Assembly: GCF_030144855.1 (NCBI RefSeq)
Contig: NW_026778917.1
Coordinates: 372,001-436,000 of the forward strand
DNA from: Hypanus sabinus
Lineage: Eukaryota
Direction of reading: 5' to 3'
DNA length: 64,000 nt
In this document: one piece after another, positions 1-10,859 of the stretch
Position numbering within the stretch: position 1 is the stretch's first letter
Layout of the letters: each line of letters begins with the position of its first letter
Notes under the pieces: generated by a model
Told to the model about the DNA's origin: nothing
The model's database searches: none
What the model saw: the letters and a program-made list of their open reading frames with translations, nothing else
Position numbers and translations under genes: made by a program

Positions 1-68
1 GTCCAGCAGGACATCCTGACCCTGCCTGGCACTGACCTGAGGCATCCGGCTGAAGACATTCAGCACAA
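1..68 (-). CDS. TAPBP: Tapasin exon 4 (5' part; continues beyond window start)
   Basis: Minus-strand acceptor cctcctctctgtctcctgcag ends at 69. Phase 1, reads (V)VLNVFSRMPQVSARQGQDVLLD, resembling mammalian tapasin VVLTVLTHTPAPRVRLGQDALLD (recalled). Confidence 0.85.
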
Positions 69-119
69 CTGCAGGAGACAGAGAGGAGGGAGCCACAATC
101 AGCAAGGGGAACTGGAGAC

Positions 120-1195
120 GAGCAGAGAAAGCACACCCCCCCTCAGCATCTCACACAATGCACCACCCCTCAGTATCGTCCCTCCCACACTGAGACTCAC
201 CCTCAGTCTTGCCCCTCCCACACTGAGACTCTCCCTCAGTACCACCCCTCCCACAGTGTGACCCACCCTATACCACCCCTCACAGTGACTCTCCCTCTGT
301 ACCACCCCTCCCTCTGTGCAGCACTCCCTCAGTATCGTCCCTCCCACACTGAGACTCTCCCTCAGTCGCCCCTCCCATAGCGCGACTCTCCCTCAGTCTT
401 GCCCCTCCCACACTGACTCTCCCTCTGTACCACTCCTCCCACAGTGACTCTCCCTCTGTACCATCCCTCCCACAGTGTGACCCTCCCTCAGTACCACCCC
501 TCCTACAGTGTGACCCTCCCTCTGTACCACCCCTCCCACAGTGACTCTCCCTCGGTACCCCCCTCCCACAGTGTGACCCACCCTCAGTACCACCCCTCCC
601 ACACTGACTCTCCCTCGGTACCACCCCTCCCACACTGACCCTCCCTCGGTACCACCCCTCCCACACTGACCCTCCCTCGTTACCACCCCTCCCACACTGA
701 CTCTCCCTCAGTACCCCCCTCCCACAGCGCGACTCTCCCTCAGTCTTGCCCCTCCCACACTGACTCTCCCTCTGTACCATCCCTCCCACAGTGTGACCCT
801 CCCTGTACCACCCCTCCCACACCGACTCTCCCTCGGTACCCCCCTCCCACGGTGTGACTCTCCCTCAGTACCCCCCTCCCACTGTGTGACTCTCCCTTGG
901 TACCCCCCTCCCACACTGACTCTCCCTCGGTACCACCCCTCCCACACTGACTCTCCCTCGGTACCCCCCCTCCCACACTGACTCTCCCTCGGTACCCCCC
1001 CTCCCACAGTGTGACTCTCCCTCGGTACCCCCCTCCCACACTGACCCACCCTCGGTACCCCCCTCCCACAGTGTGACTCTCCCTCGGTACCCCCCTCCCA
1101 CAGTGACTCTCCCTCAGTACCCCCCCCTCCCACAGTGTGACTCTCCCTCGGTACCCCCCTCCCACAGTGTGACTCTCCCTCGGTACCCCCCTCTC
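120..1195. repeat. Degenerate ~29-32 bp minisatellite filling tapasin intron 3
   Basis: Recurrent unit like ccctcccacagtgtgactctccctcggtaccc, visible directly. Confidence 0.9.
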
Positions 1196-1252
1196 ACACT
1201 GACAAGCCTTCACTGCCGACTGGGCTCCCCAGCAGGACCAGGGCAGGTGTAC

Positions 1253-1525
1253 CTGAGGTTTGCACAGGCGCAGGATCCTCTTCTCCTGCGGGCTCTGACA
1301 CCACGCGGTGCAGACTGCTCACGCTGAAGGAGCGGTCGTGGGTGTGCAGGTGCGTGCTGAACCAGCGGCCTGACTGATAAGCCGGCGTTCGTTCGTCTTC
1401 GGACAGGTGCGCGGCCCAGGCCAGAATGGAGTCCTGGGGAAGGTACTTATTAATCTCACAGCCGTGCTTCTCCCTCACGTCCGCCGGCTGGCGAAACCCC
1501 GCATGTCCCGTAACCCGAGAGTGAT
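1253..1525 (-). CDS. TAPBP: Tapasin exon 3 (N-terminal domain)
   Basis: Acceptor ...ctctccggaacag at 1526, donor gtacac at 1252; 273 bp, phase 1-1. Encodes (D)HSR...HGCEINKYLPQDSILAWAAHLSEDERTPAYQSGRWFSTHLHTHDRSFSVSSLHR...QTS, matching tapasin CEMSRF...WASGL...GAW...SLSSLLR. Confidence 0.9.
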
Positions 1526-1689
1526 CTGTTCCGGAGAGGAGGGTGGGGAGATTAAAGAATAATTCTGCACATGCTGGGGATTCAGAGCAACGCTCGCAAA
1601 GCTGTGGAGGCACTCAGCAAGTTGGGCTGAGTGTCCACGGAGAGGAGTAAACCGTCGATATTTCAGGCTGAGACAGCCTGAAATGACAG

Positions 1690-2230
1690 AAGGTTAAAGA
1701 TGACCATTTCAGAGAGCGTCCTGACAACTTCCAGCACGGTTTGGTACAGAAACCGCACTGTGGCGGAGAGGAGGCCTCCACAACGGCAGTCAGACCTGCT
1801 CAACTCACACCACAGCAGCCCATCCACCATCAAGGACATAGAGACAGAAAGAATCATCACGAAGGATCCACCCACCCTGCTCATGGACTGTTAGTCCTGC
1901 TCCCATCAGCAGGGAGGCTACGTAGCATCCACGTCAGGACCACCAGACTCAAAAACAGTGACTTTCCCCAAGCAGTCAGGCTGATCAACACCTCCACCCA
2001 CTAATACGTCTCTCCACAAACCCCAACCATCACGACTTGATCATTTCCTGTCAGACACTCCTGTCCCTAGTGTCACTTTATGGACATACAATCAATAAGT
2101 TACCTTATTTATATTTATTGTTTTTTTATTGTGTTTTGAGCTGCATCAATCCAGAGTAACAATTATTTCATTCTCCTTTTCACTTGCATTCTGCAAGTTA
2201 CATTAAGCAATCTTTAACTTAATCTTAAAT
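1690..2230 (+). mobile_element. Rex-Babar-type LINE 3' fragment
   Basis: C-terminal motif HPAHGLLVLLPSAGRLRSIHVRTTRLKNSDFPQAVRLIN followed by a 3' UTR. Confidence 0.7.
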
Positions 2231-2449
2231 GCATCGTTAGGTTCAACAACCGACAGAGCATGTTGAACGCATCTCCCTGCGCTCCAGGACTGGCAAAATA
2301 CCAGGTGTACCTTAATCCTAGCGAAACCCGTTCGGGCAGTGGGAGGTGGCAGGTGAGTAAACAGTAGAGATTAGCAATTTCCTCTCCGTGTTATGAGTTT
2401 TCAGAGCCTTGCCACCTTATCAGATCCCAGGTGTCAACGTGTCTTAGGA

Positions 2450-2640
2450 CCCAACATACTGATGCAATTACAAAACTGGCATAATTTCATCAGGAGTCTG
2501 ACGAGATTTGGTGTGTCACCAAAGACTCTCGCAAATATCTACAGATGTATGATTCCAACCGGTCGCATCGCCCTCCAGCATGGAGTGGCCCCTACGCAGG
2601 ATCGGAAAGAGCTGTGGAAATCACGAGGAACGCCTGGTCA
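2450..2640 (+). mobile_element. Rex-Babar-type LINE RT fragment
   Basis: RSLTRFGVSPKTLANIYRC motif, also present in the copy at 37150-37660. Confidence 0.55.
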
Positions 2641-2821
2641 GCGTAAGCTCCTTTCCCGGGTAGTAGCTTTTCTCTTCATTGACTGTTTGTGGAGGGTCAG
2701 GGGTTCCAGTCGGGTGCAGACAGGGAGTCAGATTGTGAACCCACGTGCTTTTTAGTTGAGACAACAAGTTACTTGTTGCCTTACTGATCATTATTACAAG
2801 GGGTGATTCTTGTAACAGAAT

Positions 2822-2843
2822 TGGCATCCCTGGGTGGGCTCGA
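2822..2843 (+). promoter_or_regulatory. Primer-binding site, tRNA-Asn(GTT)
   Basis: TGGCATCCCTGGGTGGGCTCGA, 4 nt after the LTR end. One mismatch to the reverse complement of the vertebrate tRNA-Asn 3' end as recalled (...TCGAGCCCACCCAGGGACGCCA). Confidence 0.75.
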
Positions 2844-4856
2844 GGATAAATCAGCGGGAGACTCGAGTCAGACCACGTGGGTGAGGTACAGAGATCTGGG
2901 ACTGGGTAGTTAGCGATCACTGACCCAGGATGACGAATTCAGGAAATCCTACTAGTCCACAGGACTTGGATTGTTTTGGTTGGAGGGGATACCTCCAGAA
3001 ATACGTGTTGGGGAAGTGGCCACAACATGAGGAGCTTGTCGGTCACCCTGGTTGTGAAGGGGAAACGGCTGGTGATGCTCTGTAGAGAATCGCCCAAGGG
3101 GAGCTGTCGAGCAGGAAGTTTAAACAATTGCAAAAACCAACAATAGTTGGCTGTTTAATAGAGGATCTGATAGAATCAAATTTAACAGAATTACGACAAA
3201 TGGCATAGATTAGAATCGGAAAATGAATATCGGCAGAAAGCAGAAGCCGAGCGAGATAGGTTATGACAGGAAATTCCAGAATATCAGCAAAAATCTGAAG
3301 CGAAGCGAGAGAGATGGGAAGAACACAAAAGGCTCCGAAAGGAGGTGGAAACCTTTAGAGAAAGGGTTACTGACTTACAGGGTCAGAGAAGTATGGACGA
3401 TGATATGAACCAGTTTTAGTTGAAGTGTCAGAAATTACTTAGAGAGAAAAACAAACTAGAGGAAGCAGCCACACTGGCGAAGGATGAAGTGGAGGGATTA
3501 AAGAAACAGAGTGGTGATTTAAAGACGGCTCTGAATGTGATTCAGAAATCAGCACAGGAAAGGACAAGTAACACTGGAGATCATGCAAAGTGTTGAAAGC
3601 AGATTCAAAAGTTGCAGGGCCAACTTGCGAGGAATAGTATGTGCTTTTGGATCTGAAAAGCGGAGGAAGGTGAATAAGGAGATATTCAGTAGAAGAAGCT
3701 ACTTTAGCAGATAAAACTACTAGATATGGTTACGATAATTAGGAACTCCCACCGTAACCTTACCGACGACAGCCGTGCTACCATCTGCACGACTGACACC
3801 TCTAGTTACTGTCAGATAGGGGGAGCAAATCAAAATCGGAATATAACATACACCACACCCAAATATACACTCAACATCAGCAGATAAACAACAAGAAGTG
3901 AGGAAATGAAAAACGCAACAGTGACTGTTATGGGAGTTAACAGAGGGGACCCGGTAAACGCACTAGCCAACTGTTACCAGAGAAGGTAACTGCATTTACA
4001 TCCCATTTATGGACTGTGTTCCAAGGGGTGTATGGGACAGCATTAGAGCAGGACCATTTCGGACCAGTGGCCTCAAATAGGTGGTTGAGGACACTGGGGT
4101 CTCACCGTATCAATGAATCTAAAAAGGCACAGGGAATGTTTGATCCCATACACACTGAGGCACGGCTACTGAGGAAAAGGTGTACAGGATGGGAAAAGGA
4201 GATACAATGACCAACTAAACTCTGGAATGGGAAGCTGATGACTATTAAAAGTCAGGCACCTGCCTGGAGAAAGGAGGTTGGGGGACCCACCCCAAGGGAA
4301 GGAGCAGGGAAGGGCAGAGGAAATGGAACAGGGCCAGGAACAGGGAGAACCGAAGGTGGAGTAATTAAATGCTGTAACTGTGGCCAAGAGGGACACATTA
4401 AGAGAGAATGTCCATACCTGAGACGAGGAAGAGCAGAGCAATGTGGTTTGCCCTTGGAGGGGCCAGAAAGACAGAGCCCACAACAACATTGTGGAGACAC
4501 CAACATCCAGGGGATTGTACCCGGAGCTTCAGCGACGGTGTCAGGCCTCACCAGTGTGGGTGTGTGACACAAGGTGGGATGAAACCGGAAGACCTCGAGT
4601 GAGTGGCAGGGTCAGAGGCCGCCCTGTTACCTTTTTATGGGACACTGGAGGATCCCGAACCACTAATGTAAATAACGTAAATTGGAAGATACGAGGTAAT
4701 AAGTGGGGCATGTGAGTGTAACATTGGAATTGAGAATAGGAGACATAGCATTGGAACATTCAGTTGTGTTGGTGGAATTACCCTGGGAGCAGGAACGTAT
4801 ACTGGGGAGTGATTACATGGCCAAAGCGGGGCTTTGTTTTGACCCAGTTAATTGTA

Positions 4857-5436
4857 TGAATGTCAAAGCTATACAAGACCTTAGTTCAACCCCACTTGGA
4901 CTACCGTGTTCAGTTCTGGTTGCCTCACTACAGGAAGGATGTGGACACCATAGAAAGGGTGCAGAGGAGATTTACAAGGATGTTGCCTGGATTGGGGAGC
5001 ATACCTTATGAGAATAGGTTGAGTGAACTCGGCCTTTTCTCCTTGGAGCGACGGAGGATGAGAGGATGACCTGATAGACTCCTCGCTGTGTGAGCATGAG
5101 GGGCATTAATCGTGTGGATAGCCAGAGGCCTTTTCCACAGCTGAAATGGCTAACACAAGCGGGCACAGTTTTAAGATGCTTGGAAATAGGTACCGAGAGG
5201 ACGTTAGGGGTAACTTTTCACAGAGAGTGGTCAGTGTGTGGAGTACTCTGCCGGCAACGGTGGGGGAAGTGAATACAATAGGCTCTTTTAAGAGACTCTT
5301 AGAGAGGTACATGGAGCTTAGAAAAATAGAGGGCTCTGCGCTAGGGAAATTCTAGGCAGTTTCTAGAGTAGGTTACATGGTCGGCACAATATTGTGGGCC
5401 GAAGGGCCTGCGATGTGCTGTAGATTTCTATGTTTC
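4857..5436 (+). mobile_element. CR1 LINE 3' fragment nested in the LTR element
   Basis: LVQPHLDYRVQFWLPHYRKDVDTIERVQRRFTRMLPG and FSQRVVSVW motifs; gggccgaagggcctg tail. Confidence 0.9.
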
Positions 5437-5657
5437 AGTATAAACTGCCCCCCACGGCACTGTAGTACACAGGGAGAGTAGAATAGGGAAGACACTAAGG
5501 GACACAGAGAAGTCTTTTTGTCAGGGGCCAGGCCCTCTCCAGGTTTTTAAATCTATTAGAAAGATCACCACTCCACACCTACAGGTGACGGAATCTACAC
5601 CAGAGCGTAAAAGCAGAGACTCAGCGTAATACAAACGGGGTAGGATTAGTGTTAGAA

Positions 5658-6689
5658 TAGGGGTGGGCAAACTTTTTGACTTGTGGGCCACAAAGGGTTC
5701 TAAAATTTGACAGGGGGGCCGGACCAGGAGCAGATGGACGGAGTGTTTTGGTAATACACCTCATAAGAGAAAATAAAATATCATGGGATATGTAGAAAAC
5801 ATGTGCTTTAATTTCAATTGAAAATGAACAAATGCATTACAACAAAATATCTGTCTTTGAAGTCCCATGGTATTTAGCTATTTATTGAAATGACTTTTAA
5901 AACACTGAAAATTAAATGAATAAAATACAGCTTTTTTTAATAGTAACAGTTATTATTTTAAAGCACTGAAAATTCTGTTATCCTTCAAGATATTATCATC
6001 ATCACTCTCCTCCTGACTGTCTTTATTTCAAAAACGGTAGGAGATGCAGGTCTACTTGTCCTGCTCCTTCTTATTCAATTGTCCCCTGTGCCAAAACTCA
6101 ACAACGACCAGCACAAGGAGAGATCAGTGACAGCGCGCCAGTATGCGGAGCGCGTTATTTGATCTGGAGCGCATTTTTTATTTTGAGAACGTACGTGCAC
6201 CTGCGCACTACTCATGTCCATCACTTAACAGAAATGACATTTAACATGTAAGACTTATTGAAAAAAATATTTTCAAATGCATTTTTTACATAACACAACG
6301 AAGAAACTTATTTTTAATTTCAGTGGGAACAGCGTTGTTGGTCTCCCTTTTTAGCCAGCGCATCAAAGTCTGGATTTAGTTTTGTTGTGGTGATTCTCAG
6401 GATGGATCTGAGGTGTTGGTCAGTTAACTTGGATCTGTGGCTGGCTTTGTTGATGTTCATGACGCTGAACGCCTGTTCACACAAATAGGTCGAGCCGAAC
6501 AAAGAGTAAAGCGCAAATGTGGAGTAATACGCTGCACCTCAACAAAGGTCAATGTATATAGAGTGAGTCATCTATTGGGAAAACGCCAGAATTGCGGGGA
6601 AAAAACGTTAACAAGGTTTATTAATATAATTTCATCAAGTTCTGTGGGCCGGATTAAAAAGCTCCTGGGCCAAAGTTTGCCCATGCCTG
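5658..6689 (-). mobile_element. Non-autonomous hAT (Charlie-type) DNA transposon
   Basis: TIRs TAGGGGTGGGCAAACTTT / AAAGTTTGCCCATGCCTG. Perfect 8-bp TSD TGTTAGAA at 5650-5657 and 6690-6697. Transposase C-terminal remnant FGSTYLCEQAFSVMNINK at 6320-6502. Confidence 0.92.
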
Positions 6690-7883
6690 TGTTAGAAGAT
6701 ACAGGGGAGTTTGTCACTTTGGTACCAGGGAACCAGCATGTTGAGGCATTTAATCTTTAATCTAACTGAAACAATGGTGCCTGCATGGTCCTCACCTACA
6801 ATAAAACCATTATGTACTCACCTTCTTGGGAGACAACTAAGCAGGACTGAGTTTAAGCCAGTCAAAAGTAGAAGGAAAAGAGGACTATTGGAAATAGTGG
6901 GAGCAGGTTATGCAACGATCAACACCCTGGATACAGATCCTCCAGAAAATAAGGGATATTACTGGAGAAAATGACCAAGATCAGGTACAAACTAATCACA
7001 CTGGTCGAGATGAATCCCAGGTAACTCTGGATGTGGTTAAATTTCTGAAGCCCCTTCATTTACAACACACCTGATTATTGACCGCACAGACCTCATGCCT
7101 GAGGAAATGCACAAAACTGAGATCCATGCTACATGTGCTAGTTGGTTGCTTACCATGATGCGCACTAATTTATTGCAATTTATAGATTTATCAAGGTGCC
7201 CTCAAAGGGGCGATCACTGGTCTTGATCAGAAGAAATGACAAAGCAGAAACTGTTAGTACTTATGAAAATCACTTGTTGCCAATTTTTCCAGTGAATAAT
7301 CAGTCCTTCTACAATACGCATTGGTGGGACAGACATATAACAGGGGCCACAAGTTATACCAAGGGGTGGGAACAGTGACCTTGGATCTGGCCAATGGAGG
7401 ACGAACTTTGCCTCGGCCAGCAGGCGGATAAGGAGGACCCCATGGACACGTGGAGATCGGGACCACGAGGCCAGCATTCCTGGGCAATCCTCTTCATTGA
7501 CTGTTCACGGAGGGTCAGGGCTTCTAACAGGTAGTTAGATTTTAACGCTACTTGTTGGTAAGTACAGATTTTCTGTGCCTCACTGATCATTATTACAAGG
7601 GGTGATTCTTGTAACACTGGGGTAGGAGACTGTGGCCAAACACGTTCTGACTGAGCGGACAGTGAACCCGTGAGTGCTATCTCAGTAATTTTACTTGCTT
7701 TTTGCACTATGTGCGTGTGCATTTCTCTCACCTGACTTCTGTCACAAAACACCAACTTTCACCACATACCTAGAACATGAAACCTGATTCTGGATCAGGA
7801 AGCACATCAGTGATTCGTAAACCCATAGTGCACAGGGAGAGGCCACATGGCCAATCCACACCCTGGAGTTTGTGGGATCTTAC

Positions 7884-8099
7884 CGAACACCTCGAGGAAC
7901 ATGCCTGGCTTCAGGTCAGGGGGCACGGCCACGCCCGAGGGCCGCTCATCCTCCAGCCTACGGCCCGACACTCTCCGCAGCAGCAGCATGGCATCGGTCT
8001 GGTCAACTGCGCCGGGGAAGCTCCCCTTGCCACGTGCCTCCTCGACAAATGTGCAGTCCACCAGCGTCCCGGTATCCAGCGTGGGACCGTGGCTCAGAA
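7884..8099 (-). CDS. TAPBP: Tapasin exon 2
   Basis: Acceptor ttctctctccacccag at 8100, donor gtaaga at 7883; 216 bp, phase 1-1. Encodes (V)LSHGPTLDTGTLVDCTFVEEARGKGSFPGAVDQTDAMLLLRR...PPDLKPGMFLEVF, compared with tapasin IECWFVEDASGKG...ALLLR...PDLDPELYLSVH. Confidence 0.9.
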
Positions 8100-8224
8100 C
8101 TGGGTGGAGAGAGAACTTGGATTAAAACACGCAGGGCCCAGGAGACACTGGTCGACATCAGCCTGGTCAGAGAGCACGTCAGCACCCGATCCGGCCATTC
8201 GGTTCACGGGACTGTGACAAGCCG

Positions 8225-8420
8225 ATTTGTACTGAACTAATCCTTCCTGTCTACACAACGTGCACATCCCTCCGTTCCCTGCACATCCATGAGCCTCAGA
8301 GCCTCATGAACACTCCTGTCACACCTCCACCTTTCGCTGCACAACCCAGGCACTTCCCATTCTCTGTGTAAAAAAATTGCCTTTCTGTTCCCTTTAAATT
8401 TCCTCCCTCTAACCTTTCCG
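8225..8420 (-). mobile_element. CR1 3' tail fragment
   Basis: Degenerate FKGNRKAIFLHREW motif (the CR1 FFTQRVV region). Confidence 0.6.
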
Positions 8421-8639
8421 GTGTCGGGGTGGAGATACGTCTCTACCAAAGGAGGTGTAAGGCTCTCGTTCCCTCCGCTAGCCCGCAGGACACTTGAGCA
8501 ATCAATCTATTTTAAATGACTTGGCCGCCACAGTGAATTCCACAGATTCACCATCCTCTGGCTAGAGAATTTCCTCCTCATCTCTGTTCGAAATGGACAT
8601 CCCTCTACCACCACCCTCAATCTTGTCTTAAGGTCTTAA

Positions 8640-9620
8640 CACTTTTGGGGTGATGCTCTTCCTGATCAATTCTGTGCGCTCTTTAAAATGACTATGTCTC
8701 TATTCACCAGTGCTCAGACGGAGGTAATCACAGAACAATATATCTCTGAAAGCACCAAGGTGTTGTTCACACAGGCCTTTTCTCCCGCACCTGCCTTCTC
8801 GCCAGCCTCTGTCAGTGACCTTGCAGACCAGCTCAAGTCTACAATTACAATCAGCCCCACAAAAGTGAAACGTAGTTTCTGGGAAGCAAAAAGCACCTCA
8901 GAGCAACAGCTCGCTGGTTAAACTCCAAAAGCGAGGGTGTTGAGAAGCTGAACACAGATATCGGAAAACAAAACCCCAGGTCCATTGCAACACTTATAAA
9001 GAAACTTTCTGCATCTACGAAGCTGAGACATGCAAGGCCGTCCTCCTCTGATACCATAAACACAAACAGCTATAATGCACGTGCCTTATTTGAGAGGCTC
9101 ACACATCAGCAGCACCTGAACTCCTGTCTACAAAGTCACGTAATGACCTTGCGTTCTATTTTACTGACAAAATTCAGAAGATTAGGCATGTTGTCAGTGT
9201 GTCTGCATCAGGCCAGTGTCATCCCTTCACTCACTCAGAACTCACTTCGTTAAGATGACACGATTCAAAATATAGACCACAGAGGAAATTGTGCCACACC
9301 TGAAGTCCTCCTCCTGTTTCCTTTTACCTGCAGCCTTTTAAAAAATGTTTTTAATTGCAAAGTGTCAGACATTCTGAAGACAGTCAATACCTCTATCAGG
9401 CTGCTTCCTAAAAGCCCTGAAAACTGCAGTTATTGAGCTGCTTTTCAAAAAGAACAACCTACAGGCCCATATCAAACTGAGCACTTTTAAGTAAGATAAC
9501 TGAAAAGGCTGCTTGTCAGCAACTTGACAGCTTTTGGCACTCAGCATCTGTACCGATGTTTTCCAGTCTGGATTTCGACAACATTATACCGAGAGCCAAA
9601 GGCTTTAAGTCTCAGCAAGA
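8640..9620 (+). mobile_element. Decayed L2-clade LINE ORF2
   Basis: Frameshifted remnants such as FYFTDKIQKIR and ALKTAVIELLFKKNNL, typical of the L2 pre-RT region. Confidence 0.55.
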
Positions 9621-9809
9621 TCTAGAAAAACTCCTATTTTTAGCAGGCTTGACCACTGTAATGGCATTTCCACAGGTCTCTGTAAAAATCCCTCAGACAG
9701 CCGCAGCTCATTCAGAACGCTGCTGCTGGAGTCCACACTGAGACCGGGAGCTGAGAAGACATCACTCCAGTTCTCAGATCACAACACTGGCTTCCTGTCC
9801 ACCAGAGGA

Positions 9810-9990
9810 ATGAATTTAAAACACTACAAACAAGAGAAAATCTGCAGAGGCTGGAAATCCAGGTAACAGACACAAAATGCTGGAGGAACTCAGCAGGCCA
9901 GGCAGCATCTATGGGGGAAAAATACAGTACAGGCCAAAACCCTGAGTGCTGCTGAGGGGGTTCGGCCCGAAACATTGATCGTACTTTAAG
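9810..9990 (+). mobile_element. Penelope-like element terminal segment
   Basis: aaatgctggaggaactcagcaggccaggcagcatctatgg...cggcccgaaac motif, which recurs at ~23440, 45650, 47370 and 50836. Confidence 0.6.
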
Positions 9991-10479
9991 CTCTTTCGAA
10001 TCGAGGCTTAAAACTTTTCTTTTCGCTGTAGCTTTCAATTAGAATCTGCATTGAAACTTCTATTTATCATAGCTATTGTTGTGTGATTTTATTCCTTTTT
10101 ATATGGGCTGAAATGTGATATCTAATTTTATATCTTTTTCTATGTAAAGCAACTGCCTTGTGATTGAAAAGGGTTATATAAATAAACGCCTTTATTCAGA
10201 GACTGTGCCGTCTGGTCCTACGCCCAATTATAGGAAATATCCTCTCCACATCCACTCTGTCTGGAGCTACCAACGTTCAATTACTTTCAAAGAGATTCCC
10301 CTCCCCCCCCCCCCCCCCCCCCCCCCAATTCTTCTGAACTCCAGTGAGTACAGGCCCAAATCCATCACACACTCCTGGTAAACTAATCCTTTCATTCCCG
10401 GAATCACTCTTGTCAACGTCCCCTGGACCCTCTCCCATGCCAGCACATCCTTTCTTAGATATGGGGCCTCAAATTGCTC

Positions 10480-10760
10480 ACAGTACTCTAACCAGTTACC
10501 CTCAACATTACAGTTTTGCTTTCAGCTTCGAGCGGGGCAGGTGAAAAGGGCCAAGGGCTGAAGAGGAAGGGATTCGATAGGAGTGGAGAATGGGCCCCGG
10601 AGGAAAGAGGAGGGGAACCAGAGTGAGGAATGGGAAAACAGGGAAAGATGGGCTGAGGAGAAATAACTAAGTTAAAGAAATCGATGTTCATGTCGTCCGG
10701 TTGGAGGCTACCCAGACAGAAGATGAAGTGTTGCTCTTGCAACCCAAGTTCGGCCTCATC
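10480..10760 (-). mobile_element. Penelope-like GIY-YIG C-terminal fragment
   Basis: QEQHFIFCLGSLQPDDMNIDF motif. Confidence 0.7.
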
Positions 10761-10859
10761 TCACACCCGGGGAAGGGCAGTCACAGGGAGGGTCCCGGGG
10801 GGGGGGGGGTCCCCAGATTCTACCCCTTTCCAGCACACTCTGAAGATAATTCTCAGCGG

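Larger units (their letters stand above)
2640..7616 (+). mobile_element. Decayed LTR retroelement/endogenous retrovirus (gag-pro, deleted pol, env remnant)
   Basis: Both LTR ends read ctgatcattattacaaggggtgattcttgtaaca (ending 2817 and 7616). PBS at 2822. CCHC knuckle CCNCGQEGHIKREC at 4370-4411. Protease FLWDTGG (DTG at 4641-4649). QYKLPP RT-start remnant at ~5437. RRKR/GLLEIVGAG env-like cleavage site at ~6870-6910. Confidence 0.8.

Noticed and set aside
6320-6502. GTF2IRD2-like host gene
   Set aside because: It lies inside the TIR- and TSD-bounded hAT element and is only a transposase C-terminal remnant.
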